Origin: Clostridiales bacterium
Lineage (GTDB): Bacteria; Patescibacteriota; Saccharimonadia; Saccharimonadales; Saccharimonadaceae
Assembly: GCA_963619335.1 (NCBI GenBank)
Contig: CAVEVP010000002.1
Location: 30,003-94,002 of the forward strand
DNA length: 64,000 nucleotides
Reading direction: 5' to 3'
The translations under genes and the position numbers were made by a program. The notes under the pieces are model-generated. The model saw only the letters and a list, made by a program, of their open reading frames with translations. It did not search any database and had not been told where the DNA came from. Of this stretch, positions 22,397 through 31,963 are shown piece by piece (position 1 is the first letter of the stretch; every line of letters begins with the position of its first letter).

Positions 22397-24033
22397 GGAA
22401 GGTAGTACTCGCGGTACTAGACGGCGTGGGGCTGGCGCCGGATAGCAATGGCAATGCGGTGGCAAAAGCGCGGACGCCGTGGCTGGGGCATGCAGTGCGG
22501 GATTATCCGCACGTGGCGCTCGAGGCTTCGGGCGAAGCGGTGGGATTGCTTCCTGGACAAATGGGAAATTCCGAAGTGGGGCATAGCACAATGGGGGCGG
22601 GACGGATTATCCAGCACGGGATTGCGCATATCGAAACGGCGTTTTTGAGCGGCGAAGTGTTTCGGTCGGATGCGTGGCACGGGGCGATAAAACAGGTTCT
22701 AGGCGGTGCGGAAGACGAAAATAACAGGGAGGCGGTTGACAAAACGCTTAAGGTGTGCTATAATGGGGGGATGGGCTCGCGAACGCTACATTTCGCGGGG
22801 ATTTTCTCGGACGGGGGAGTGCATAGTCATATTTCACATCTTGAACAAATGGTGGAAGAGGCGTACAAGGAAGGCGTGCGGCGAATGCGGGTGCATGCGA
22901 TTTTTGACGGGCGAGATGTGGCGCCGACGAGTGAGCCGAGATATATTCGGCGGTTTGAACAATTTGCGGCGAAATTTACTGATGCGGACATTCGGATTGC
23001 GTCGGGCGGGGGGCGAATGACGACGGTGGCGGACCGATATGAAAATGATTGGACGGTAGTGGCGCGAGGCTGGGATATGATGGTAAATGGCGAGGCGGAT
23101 TATTACTTCAAGACGGCGGAAGAGGCGATTTTGACTTTGCGGCGAGTGTATCCGGACATTCAGGACCAAAATTTGCCGGCGTTTGTGATCGTGGATGAAC
23201 ATGAACAGCCGGTGGGGAAAATTGAAAAAAGCGATGCACTAATTTATTTCGATTTTCGGGCGGATCGGGCGATTGAAATTGCACAGGCATTCACGTATTG
23301 GGATTTTCCGTATTTCAACCGGGGTAAATATACGCCGAATGATGTGTATTTTGCGGGAATGACGGAATATAATTCGGATACGCACGTGCCTGAGCATCAA
23401 TTAGTGGCGCCGATTAAGATCACGGATACTTTAAATCAATTTTTGGGGACGAATGGGACGAGGCAACTGGCGTGTTCGGAGACGGTGAAATTTGGGCATA
23501 TTACATATTATTTCGACGGCAATAGTTATGACAAGGCGCCGGGCGAGGAATTTGTGGAAATTCCGTCGTTTGCGGAGCCGTTTGAAGACCGGCCATGGAT
23601 GAAAGGTGCGGAAATTGCGGATACGGTGATTGAAAAGTTGAAAGATTATGATTTTGTGCGAGTAAATTTTCCTGGTGGGGACATGATTGGACATACGGCG
23701 AATATGAGCGCGACGATTTTAGCAATGGAGGCGATTGATCTGGCTTTGAGGCGGATGGCGGAAAAAGTGGATGAACTTGGCGGGGCGCTAGTGGTGGTGG
23801 CGGACCACGGTAATGCGGAAGAATTGTTGGATAAAAACGGCGCGCCGAAAACTTCGCATACAACCAACCGGGTGCCGTGCATTATTTATGATAATGCGAG
23901 CAATGGCGCGTATCGGTTGGCGCGGGTCGAGAATGCGGGGCTGGCAAATCTCGCGGCGACGATTACGGATTTAATGGGTGTAGAAAATCGACCGGAAAGC
24001 TGGGAACAGTCGCTGATTGAAGGAGCTAACTAA
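22393..24033 (+). CDS. gpmI: 2,3-bisphosphoglycerate-independent phosphoglycerate mutase
   Basis: LDGVG, GQMGNSEVGH, DGGVHSH, DGRD, FRADR, DMIGH, ADHGNAE, HTTN; ATGA overlap with aguA stop. Confidence 0.95.
   Translation: MRKVVLAVLDGVGLAPDSNGNAVAKARTPWLGHAVRDYPHVALEASGEAVGLLPGQMGNSEVGHSTMGAGRIIQHGIAHIETAFLSGEVFRSDAWHGAIKQVLGGAEDENNREAVDKTLKVCYNGGMGSRTLHFAGIFSDGGVHSHISHLEQMVEEAYKEGVRRMRVHAIFDGRDVAPTSEPRYIRRFEQFAAKFTDADIRIASGGGRMTTVADRYENDWTVVARGWDMMVNGEADYYFKTAEEAILTLRRVYPDIQDQNLPAFVIVDEHEQPVGKIEKSDALIYFDFRADRAIEIAQAFTYWDFPYFNRGKYTPNDVYFAGMTEYNSDTHVPEHQLVAPIKITDTLNQFLGTNGTRQLACSETVKFGHITYYFDGNSYDKAPGEEFVEIPSFAEPFEDRPWMKGAEIADTVIEKLKDYDFVRVNFPGGDMIGHTANMSATILAMEAIDLALRRMAEKVDELGGALVVVADHGNAEELLDKNGAPKTSHTTNRVPCIIYDNASNGAYRLARVENAGLANLAATITDLMGVENRPESWEQSLIEGAN
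22736..22764 (+). promoter_or_regulatory. Consensus sigma70 promoter inside gpmI
   Basis: TTGACA-17 bp-TATAAT with extended -10 TG; in-frame ATG 6 nt downstream at 22771. Confidence 0.7.
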
Positions 24034-24054
24034 GAACGTTTAGGGACTGCGGGT

Positions 24055-24885
24055 TTATTTTCCGCAGACGACATTGTTGGCGTGGAGCCAGCCTTCGACC
24101 GAACCGCCGTCTAGGTATTGGCCGGAAGTCGGGGCGACACGCATGACGCCACCGTTTTGAATGAACTCGTCGATTGGGTCGGTGACAAGATATTCTTGAT
24201 CGAGCGGACCGAAATCGTGTGTATTGACGTATTTGACGATAGTTTGCAAAAGTTCCGGCGACATGATGTATTTCGAAACGTTAATGAGGTTGCTCGGTGC
24301 TTCTTCGGGGGTGGGTTTTTCGACTACGCTGACGAGCTTGCCGTTTTTGGCCGACAGGACGCCGTATTTTCCGATATCATTTTTGTCAATTTCGACACCG
24401 AGGATAGCAGAGTCGGTCGGACTTTCGAGAGAGTTAATTAAAGACATGGCGGCAGATTCGCCGTCTGGATTCCAAATAAAATCGTCGCCCATAAAAACTA
24501 ACACCGGCTCGTTTAAATTATATTCTTCGACGACCATGGCGATTGGCACGGCAGTGCCGTATTTACCGGCGGGGTCTTGGACTGTGTAGTGAATCGTGAC
24601 GTCGTCCGGCAAAGTTTTCGCGAGTTTTAGCCGGTCGGACTTACCGCGCGCGGTGAGATATTGATTGAGGGCTAAGTTGTCTTTATAGAATTCTTGCACT
24701 TGGCAAGGCTCGACGTTCGAGATAACCATATAGATATCTTTGACGCCCGCCTTGATAAGTTCTTGGACCGAATAATCCACCAGCGGACGGTTCCCGACCG
24801 GGAGCATGGATTTTTCGATAATTTTGGTAATCGGTAGCCGGCGAGTACCCCAGCCCGCCACCGGAATAATAGCTTTCGTAATCAT
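24055..24885 (-). CDS. Sugar-phosphate nucleotidyltransferase (GalU-like)
   Basis: KAIIPVAGWGTRRLP, KSMLP, GDD, VEKP; start may be 24894. Confidence 0.85.
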   Translation of the reverse strand: MITKAIIPVAGWGTRRLPITKIIEKSMLPVGNRPLVDYSVQELIKAGVKDIYMVISNVEPCQVQEFYKDNLALNQYLTARGKSDRLKLAKTLPDDVTIHYTVQDPAGKYGTAVPIAMVVEEYNLNEPVLVFMGDDFIWNPDGESAAMSLINSLESPTDSAILGVEIDKNDIGKYGVLSAKNGKLVSVVEKPTPEEAPSNLINVSKYIMSPELLQTIVKYVNTHDFGPLDQEYLVTDPIDEFIQNGGVMRVAPTSGQYLDGGSVEGWLHANNVVCGK

Positions 24886-24940
24886 AATACCCATATTATA
24901 ACATAGTGTGGTATAATCAAGGTATAAAAACGAGGTAGCT

Positions 24941-26632
24941 ATGCTAAAAATCAAGAATCAACAACGTGATCCGATAGTGCCACCTTTGAGTATTTCGGCA
25001 CTGTTTAATTTGTCAAGTTTTCGGCATTGGAGCGATACGGTTGTGAATCAGAAAGAGTTAAACTTTACCCGGCGAGAGCTAAAACGCGATCGAAAAATAT
25101 TAGCCAAGGCGTTTCTCGTACTGGGAGTTAAAAAAGGCGATATTATCACAGTTTATACAGCGCGTTCAATGTATGATAATATCGTGATTTTTTTAGCGGC
25201 GAATAAAATTGGGGCGATTGTGTCGTTTCTGGACGAAAAAACGCCACGCGATACGGTGCTCCGGCATATTGAAGAGTTCAAATCTTCGCTAGTTATTGTG
25301 CAAAATAAAACTGCAGGGCGGATCAAAGATTTGAAAAAAGATGCAAAAACGGTCAAAAATGTGATTAATTTGACTTCGGATTATGATGAAAAGGAGTTTG
25401 AGACGACAATTTTGGAAACTTTTATGCTGGGAAAAAAGTCGCTCGTGGAAATTGCGGAGACTTATCGCGGATGGGTGCCGAAAAATATTTTGGGCGGGCG
25501 GAATGAAGCGATTATCACATTTACTTCGGGTTCAACTTCGGGGCCGAAGCCAATGGTGTTTACGAATAAAAATTTGATTGCGGCGGCATTGTTTTCGAAA
25601 GCGGCGTCGGGAATTAAAATGTGGGACAAGGATATTAAAACTTGGCTGTCGTTTGTGAAATTCGATTGTCCGTACGGATTTTGGACCTCGGTGATGACGC
25701 CGATTATTGGCGGGAGTTCGGTGATTTTGACGCCGGACATTAACGAAAAAAATTTGGATTATTATTTTAGTAAGCCGATTAGCGTAGTGCAGGCGGTGCC
25801 GCTTTTGCTCGATATGTTGTCGAAAAATCTATCGCCGGAGGTGGATTTGTCGGCGACAAAAATGTATATTTCGGGTGGGGAGCGGTTAGAAAAAAATGCT
25901 TCGGCGGCGGCGGTGGAGTTTTTCAAGACACACGGCGCGACGGTGAAAATGTGTAATGGTTATGGCGTGGGGGAATGTCTCGGAAGTATTACGGTCGCGG
26001 TCGGCTCGACATATCATCCAGACACGGTCGGGAAAATTGTACCCGGGGCGCATGTGATGATTCTTGATCCGGAGACGGGCGAAGAATTAAATTTTGGACG
26101 GTCGGGGATTTTGTACGTGCATGGGAAGCATATTTTAAGTCGGTATTATAACCGGCCGGAGCTGACGGAAGAAAAAATTATCAAAGTAAATGGGCGGCGG
26201 TTTGTAAATACGGGCGATCTCGCGACAGTGTCGGAGACGGGATTTATTACTTTGATTGGGCGGGCAACGTTCTTTATTAATAATTTGCCGGCGAAAGTAT
26301 ATTATGAAGTAGTGAGGCTGGCGGTGGCGAAGTCGGATTTAGTCGAGCGGTGCTATGTGGTTAAGGGGCCGGATGCGAAATTGAAACTCGCGTCGTATGC
26401 GTTTGTGGTAACGAAAGAGGGCGTGGGGCATAATAATCAAGTGCGCCGGCAGATTGTAACCGACGCGACAAGGCCGTTTTACATCGGCAAGCGACGAATG
26501 ATTTTGAAGCCGTATGAGTTGCCGCGGAAAGTAGTGTTTTTAGACGCGTTGCCACTAACTAAGGCGAATAAAATTGATTTTCGAAAGTTGGAAAAAATGG
26601 CGAGAGAGATGGGTACGGAGGCGGGAAAATAA
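24941..26632 (+). CDS. Class I adenylate-forming enzyme (acyl-CoA synthetase-like)
   Basis: FTSGSTSGPK, GYGVGE, TGDL, LPLTKANKID core motifs. Confidence 0.85.
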   Translation: MLKIKNQQRDPIVPPLSISALFNLSSFRHWSDTVVNQKELNFTRRELKRDRKILAKAFLVLGVKKGDIITVYTARSMYDNIVIFLAANKIGAIVSFLDEKTPRDTVLRHIEEFKSSLVIVQNKTAGRIKDLKKDAKTVKNVINLTSDYDEKEFETTILETFMLGKKSLVEIAETYRGWVPKNILGGRNEAIITFTSGSTSGPKPMVFTNKNLIAAALFSKAASGIKMWDKDIKTWLSFVKFDCPYGFWTSVMTPIIGGSSVILTPDINEKNLDYYFSKPISVVQAVPLLLDMLSKNLSPEVDLSATKMYISGGERLEKNASAAAVEFFKTHGATVKMCNGYGVGECLGSITVAVGSTYHPDTVGKIVPGAHVMILDPETGEELNFGRSGILYVHGKHILSRYYNRPELTEEKIIKVNGRRFVNTGDLATVSETGFITLIGRATFFINNLPAKVYYEVVRLAVAKSDLVERCYVVKGPDAKLKLASYAFVVTKEGVGHNNQVRRQIVTDATRPFYIGKRRMILKPYELPRKVVFLDALPLTKANKIDFRKLEKMAREMGTEAGK

Positions 26633-26691
26633 GCCGACGCGAAGAGCTGGCGTAAAACTTGAGCGGAGCTTAAAAACTAGCAAAATAACAA

Positions 26692-26718
26692 TTAGCACTC
26701 TTGACGATTGAGTGCTAA
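26692..26718. promoter_or_regulatory. CIRCE operator (HrcA binding site) overlapping the clpC promoter
   Basis: Exact TTAGCACTC-N9-GAGTGCTAA; -35 TTGACG at 26701 and -10 TATACT at 26724. Confidence 0.95.
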
Positions 26719-26735
26719 TTTGATATACTGGGGTT

Positions 26736-29204
26736 ATGCAAGCAGAATTTAGTGAAATTATGAATAATTTGTCCGAAAATGCGCGATTTGCGTTGCAGAG
26801 GGCGGATGTTTATAGTAAAAAATACAACAATGGCTATATGGGGACGGAGCATTTGCTACTGGGGATTTTGGCGATGGATGTTTCGATGGGGGCGAGTATT
26901 TTGCGAACGGCGGGGGTAACGGTGGATGATGTGGAAAAGGCTTTGAATAAAGTGGCGGTGGAAGTGCCGGGGAGCGACATGGCAATGATGTCGCTGTCGG
27001 AGGCAGTGATTTTGACGTTGAGGATGGCGCAAAGTTTCGTGAAAGAGAGTGGGCTAAGCGTAATTGGGACAGAACATATTTTGTATGCTTTACTTTCGCA
27101 GCCGAATTCGCGGGCGTCGTTGATTTTAACGGGGCTGAAAGTGGACGCGGAAAAGATTTTAGATGAAATTGAGGATTTGGTGGACGAGGAGACTAAGGAC
27201 GAGCAGAACAAGGCGGAAAAAGCGAAGTATATTAAGTCGTCCGGGGTGCGGTTTTTGAAAAAATATGGCAAGGATTTGACGGAGGAAGCGCGCGCGGGGC
27301 GACTGGATACGGTGATTGGGCGCGAAAGTGAAATTGAGCGAGTAGTAACGGTATTGTCGCGGCGGACAAAGTCTAATCCGGTTTTGATTGGCGAGGCGGG
27401 GGTCGGGAAAACGGCGATTGTGGAGGGGTTGGCCACGCGAATTGTAAAAAATGAAGTGCCGGGGAACTTGGTCGGAAAACATATTTATCAAGTGGATTTG
27501 TCGTCGGTGGTGGCGGGGACGAAGTTTCGGGGCGAGTTTGAGGAACGAATTAAGGGGATTATTGACGAAGCAATGAATGATGAGACGATTTTGCTATTTA
27601 TTGATGAAATTCATTTGTTATGCGGGGCGGGGTCGAGCGAGGGCTCGATGGATGCGGCGAATATTTTGAAACCAGCGCTGGCGCGAAATTCGATTAACTT
27701 AATTGGCGCGACGACGCTGGACGAATATCGCAAAACGATTGAAAAAGATAAGGCCCTGTCGCGACGGTTCCAGACGGTAATGGTGGAAGAGCCGAGCGCG
27801 GTGGTGACGCTGAAAATTTTGAAGGGGATTAAGAATCATTATGAAAAACATCACGGCGTAAGCATTCCGGACGAAGTTTTAGAGACGGCGATTATGATGT
27901 CGCAACGATATATTAACGATCGGTTTATGCCGGACAAGGTGATTGATATTATTGACGAGGCAAGTGCGATTTGTAAGGTGGCGGCGGACAAAAAAGGTGG
28001 GGGCAAGTATAAGAAAATGAAAATCGAAAAGGCGCAGCTGGAAGAAAAAATAATGGTGGCGGCAGAAAAAGAGGATTTTGAGAAAGCGGCGGAATTTAAA
28101 ACGAGACTGGCGCAACTGGAAAAAAGAATTAAAGAATTGGAAAAGTCGGGCGCGAAAGAAGAAGAGATGCCGGTGCTTACGGAAGAGAATTTGGCGACGG
28201 CGGTGTCTTTAAAAACGGGAATTCCAGTGTCAAAAGTGCATGGCAGTGAAATGAAAATGTTGATGGGGCTGGAAGATGAGCTAAATAAAGCTGTGGTGGG
28301 GCAAGAAGAAGCAGTAAAGGCAGTGGCGAAAGCGATTCGGCGGGGGCGAAGCGGAATTGCGGACTCTAGGCGGCCGATTGGTTCGTTCCTATTTATGGGC
28401 CCGACGGGCGTAGGTAAGACGGAGCTCGCGCGAGTGATTGCGCGGGAAGTGTTTGGGGGTGAGAATGCATTGATTAAAATTGATATGTCGGAATTTGGCG
28501 AAAAGCACAATGTGTCGCGGCTGGTCGGGGCGCCGGCGGGGTATATTGGGTATGATGATGGCGGGAAATTGACCGAGGCGGTGCGACGCAAACCGTATTC
28601 GGTGATTTTGTTTGATGAAATTGAAAAGGCGCATCCAGACGTGTTTAATTTGCTACTGCAGATTTTGGAAGACGGCGTGCTGACGGATGGACAAGGGAAT
28701 AAAATTAAATTTAATAATACGATTGTGATTTTGACGTCGAACCTTGGCTCGGCGGACATGTATCGCGAGAGCGAACTCGGATTTAAGGCAAAAACGAAAC
28801 AGGATAAGAAAGTGTTGGAACAGGAATATGAAGAGAATAAAGAATACGCGATGAAAGCGCTGAAAAAAGTGATGCGACCGGAGCTGATCAATCGGTTGGA
28901 TGATATCGAAGTGTTCCATGCGCTGACCAGGAAAGATGTGGAGAAGATCTTTGATAACCTAATAAATGAGTTAAAGAAACGGTTGGCGACGAAAGGAATT
29001 GGGCTGAAAGTGGAGGAAGAAGCGAAAAATTATTTGATTGAAAAGGGCTATGATCCAAAAAATGGGGCGCGGCCGCTGAGGCGCTGCATTGAAGATGAAG
29101 TGGAGTCGCTGTTATCGGAAAAGATTATTGCGGAAGAGCTAGTAAAAGGTGATATTCCGGTGCTGAAATTGAAGAAAGGTGAATTGGTGCTAGAAAAAGC
29201 GTAG
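26736..29204 (+). CDS. clpC: ATP-dependent Clp protease ATPase subunit
   Basis: Two Clp-N repeats, two AAA+ modules ([16 protein letters not shown]), short UVR-like middle domain, LGF loop. Confidence 0.92.
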   Translation: MQAEFSEIMNNLSENARFALQRADVYSKKYNNGYMGTEHLLLGILAMDVSMGASILRTAGVTVDDVEKALNKVAVEVPGSDMAMMSLSEAVILTLRMAQSFVKESGLSVIGTEHILYALLSQPNSRASLILTGLKVDAEKILDEIEDLVDEETKDEQNKAEKAKYIKSSGVRFLKKYGKDLTEEARAGRLDTVIGRESEIERVVTVLSRRTKSNPVLIGEAGVGKTAIVEGLATRIVKNEVPGNLVGKHIYQVDLSSVVAGTKFRGEFEERIKGIIDEAMNDETILLFIDEIHLLCGAGSSEGSMDAANILKPALARNSINLIGATTLDEYRKTIEKDKALSRRFQTVMVEEPSAVVTLKILKGIKNHYEKHHGVSIPDEVLETAIMMSQRYINDRFMPDKVIDIIDEASAICKVAADKKGGGKYKKMKIEKAQLEEKIMVAAEKEDFEKAAEFKTRLAQLEKRIKELEKSGAKEEEMPVLTEENLATAVSLKTGIPVSKVHGSEMKMLMGLEDELNKAVVGQEEAVKAVAKAIRRGRSGIADSRRPIGSFLFMGPTGVGKTELARVIAREVFGGENALIKIDMSEFGEKHNVSRLVGAPAGYIGYDDGGKLTEAVRRKPYSVILFDEIEKAHPDVFNLLLQILEDGVLTDGQGNKIKFNNTIVILTSNLGSADMYRESELGFKAKTKQDKKVLEQEYEENKEYAMKALKKVMRPELINRLDDIEVFHALTRKDVEKIFDNLINELKKRLATKGIGLKVEEEAKNYLIEKGYDPKNGARPLRRCIEDEVESLLSEKIIAEELVKGDIPVLKLKKGELVLEKA

Positions 29205-29297
29205 AAAAGTTTTAAGAAAAGTATAATCGGAGGCAAAACAAGCATAAAATGCGATTTAACAGGGGGAGAAAAAATCATAATCCAGAAAGGAGAAAGC

Positions 29298-29888
29298 ATG
29301 AAAAATTATAAAAATTATTTGGTCCCGACGGTGGTCGAAGAGACAAATAAGGGTGAACGGGCGTATGATATTTATTCTCGGCTGTTAAACGACCGGATTG
29401 TGTTTCTTGGCGAGGAGGTGAATTCGCATACGGCGAATCTCGTCGTGGCACAACTTTTGTATCTCGCGCACGAGGACCCGAAAAAGTCGATTAAGCTATA
29501 TATTAATTCGCCTGGCGGGAGCGTGTATGACGGGCTGGCGATTATTGATACAATGAATTATATTGAGCCGGATGTGGAGACGATTGGAATTGGGCTGCAG
29601 GCGTCGATGGGGGCGATGCTGCTGTCGTCGGGCGCTAAGGGTAAGCGGTATTGTTTGCCGAATGCGCGGGTAATGATTCATCAGCCGTCGTCGGGAACGG
29701 AGGGGAAAATTACCGATCAGGAAATTATGTTAAGGGAAGGCGTGTTTTTGAAAAAACGGCTGGCGGAGATTTTTGCAAAAAATACAGGGAAAGATTTGGC
29801 GCAGGTAGAGAAAGATATGGATCGGGACAATTGGATGAGCGCGGAAGAGGCGCTGAAATACGGAATTATTGACGAGATCATTAAATAA
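29298..29888 (+). CDS. clpP: Clp protease proteolytic subunit
   Basis: [25 protein letters not shown]. Confidence 0.97.
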   Translation: MKNYKNYLVPTVVEETNKGERAYDIYSRLLNDRIVFLGEEVNSHTANLVVAQLLYLAHEDPKKSIKLYINSPGGSVYDGLAIIDTMNYIEPDVETIGIGLQASMGAMLLSSGAKGKRYCLPNARVMIHQPSSGTEGKITDQEIMLREGVFLKKRLAEIFAKNTGKDLAQVEKDMDRDNWMSAEEALKYGIIDEIIK

Positions 29889-30319
29889 TGAAATATGAAT
29901 TTTGGACGGACGGAAGTGCGCATCCGAACCCTGGGCCTGGCGGTTTTGCGGTGATTGAAGTGCGAGGATGGGTGGCCAAGCCGGTGATACTGGGGTCCGA
30001 GAAAAAATCTTCGAATATTCGAATGGAGGGGTGGGCGATTTTGATGGCAATGCGCCGAACTGGCGCGGAAAAGTGTGAAATTCATACAGATTCGCAGTTT
30101 TGGATCAACGTGATTACAAAATGGATGAATGGGTGGGCGAGAATGGGCTGGAGAAAAGCGAGGGGCGAGATTAAAAATTTGGATATTGTGCAAAAAATAT
30201 ACAAAGTTTATGACCCGAAAAGAATGAAATTGATTTGGGTGCGGGGGCACGAGGGGACGGAATATAACGAAATGGCGGACGAATGGGCAAAACGGGCGCG
30301 AAAAGGCGCGAAATTATGA
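29888..30319 (+). CDS. rnhA: Ribonuclease HI
   Basis: TDGS..NPGPGG, NIRME, TDS, WVRGH..NEMAD. Confidence 0.93.
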   Translation: MKYEFWTDGSAHPNPGPGGFAVIEVRGWVAKPVILGSEKKSSNIRMEGWAILMAMRRTGAEKCEIHTDSQFWINVITKWMNGWARMGWRKARGEIKNLDIVQKIYKVYDPKRMKLIWVRGHEGTEYNEMADEWAKRARKGAKL

Positions 30320-30331
30320 TATAATTAAGGC

Positions 30332-31567
30332 ATGAAATTATCAGAAGAGTTGATCTATCGGGGATTTAAGGCCGAGACGACAATCGGGGACGTGGCGGAG
30401 TTGGATACGCGGGCGTCGAAAAAGTTTTATTGGGGCGCGGACCCGTCGGCGGATTCGCTGACGATTGGGAATTTGGCGGCGCTGATGATGTGCGCGTGCT
30501 TTGTACGGCATGGGTATGAGCCGTATCTTTTGGTCGGGGGCGCGACGGGACAAATCGGCGACCCGAAAGAAAACGGCGAGCGGGATTTGAAAACTTTGGA
30601 CGAAGTGGAACACAACAAAAAGTGCATTCGGGAGCAGATTGAGCGAGTGGTGGCGGCGAAGAATGTGAAAATGGTGGATAATTTGGATTGGTTCTCGAAA
30701 ATTAACTATTTGGAGTTTTTGCGGGAAGTCGGAAAAGCGTTTTCAATGACGCAACTGCTCGACCGGCAATTTGTGCAGAACCGGATTGGTGATGGCGGGT
30801 CGGGGATTAGTTATGCGGAGTTTTCATACACTTTGATTCAAGGTTATGATTTTTTGCATTTGTTCCGCGAATACGGGATTTCTTTGCAACTATGCGGGGC
30901 GGACCAATATGGAAACTGTACGTCGGGCATTCATTTAATTCGACGGCTCGAGGGGGCGGACGCGGATGTATGGTCGACACCGCTAGTGATTGATCCGGTG
31001 ACTGGGCGGAAGTTTGGTAAAAGTGAGGGCAATGCGATTTGGCTCGCGAGTTCGGACAACGGGTCGGGGAATTATACTTCGATTTTTGACTTTTATCAAT
31101 TTTGGCTAAACCAGCCGGATGAGGCGGTGGAATATTTAATTAAGATTTATACTTTGCTGGAAAAAGAGGAGATTGAAGAAATTCTTACAAAGCATCAGGC
31201 GGAGCCGGAATTGAGGCTGGCGCAGAAAGCGTTGGCGCGCGGGGCGACGGAAGTGGTGCACGGGGTCGAAAATGCGCAGGCAGTGGAGAATTTGACAGAA
31301 GTATTGTTTGGGCGAGAGACGAATTTCGGGGAATTTTCGGGTGATGAGATTGTGGAGTTTGCGAAGTTTTTGCCGACGGTGAAAAAAGGGACGGGGCTGG
31401 TCGAGGCCTTGGTTTCGACGGGACTTGCGGAGTCGAAAAAGAAGGCGCGGGAGTTCGTGGCTCAGGGCGCGGTGTCGGTGAATGGGGTGAAAATAAAAGA
31501 CGACGTAGAGCTTGTACAAACGGCGTTGGTGAAAAAAGGTAAAAATAAGTTTTTGGTGGTTTGCTAA
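30332..31567 (+). CDS. tyrS: Tyrosine--tRNA ligase
   Basis: GADPSADSLTIGN, EFSYTLIQGYD, GADQYGN, KFGKS, C-terminal S4 domain. Confidence 0.95.
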   Translation: MKLSEELIYRGFKAETTIGDVAELDTRASKKFYWGADPSADSLTIGNLAALMMCACFVRHGYEPYLLVGGATGQIGDPKENGERDLKTLDEVEHNKKCIREQIERVVAAKNVKMVDNLDWFSKINYLEFLREVGKAFSMTQLLDRQFVQNRIGDGGSGISYAEFSYTLIQGYDFLHLFREYGISLQLCGADQYGNCTSGIHLIRRLEGADADVWSTPLVIDPVTGRKFGKSEGNAIWLASSDNGSGNYTSIFDFYQFWLNQPDEAVEYLIKIYTLLEKEEIEEILTKHQAEPELRLAQKALARGATEVVHGVENAQAVENLTEVLFGRETNFGEFSGDEIVEFAKFLPTVKKGTGLVEALVSTGLAESKKKAREFVAQGAVSVNGVKIKDDVELVQTALVKKGKNKFLVVC

Positions 31568-31583
31568 AGATTTATGGGGTTGC

Positions 31584-31611
31584 AAAAAACTGCTCGGGGG
31601 AGCAGTTTTTT
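31584..31611. terminator. Bidirectional intrinsic terminator
   Basis: AAAAAACTGCTC-GGGG-GAGCAGTTTTTT after tyrS. Confidence 0.75.
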
Positions 31612-31655
31612 AAAATAATGCGTGGTTGATGGGCGCGTGTTTTTGTAAGAGCATG

Positions 31656-31681
31656 AAAAAACTGCCCGAGCGGGCAGTTTT
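31656..31681 (-). terminator. Intrinsic terminator after rpmA
   Basis: AAAAAACTGCCCG-AG-CGGGCAGTTTT. Confidence 0.7.
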
Positions 31682-31690
31682 GAATAGCGT

Positions 31691-31963
31691 TTAACGAACT
31701 TCGACGCGAACGCGAGGCGAGCTTTTGCCGGAGAAGTGGGTCTTCTTTACTTTGGTAAAGACAACGACACCGTCTTTCGCGGCGTGAATGGTGAAGTTGT
31801 GCGACATATAAGTGCCTGGGCCGGAGAGTTTCGTGGCGCCAGTTTGGCGAACTAGAACTTCACCGTTTTTGACTTTTTGGCCACCAAAGCGTTTGACGCC
31901 GAGACGTTGGCCAGCATTGTTGTGGATATTTTTGGCGGTACCGCCAGCTTTAACATGTGACAT
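31691..31963 (-). CDS. rpmA: 50S ribosomal protein L27
   Basis: MSHVKAGG...RLGVKRFGGQ...VRQTG. Confidence 0.95.
   Translation of the reverse strand: MSHVKAGGTAKNIHNNAGQRLGVKRFGGQKVKNGEVLVRQTGATKLSGPGTYMSHNFTIHAAKDGVVVFTKVKKTHFSGKSSPRVRVEVR

Noticed and set aside
27851..28891. 346-aa minus-strand ORF and similar long antisense ORFs (2400-3101, 18967-19797, 44969-45595)
   Set aside because: Shadows of well-supported genes on the opposite strand
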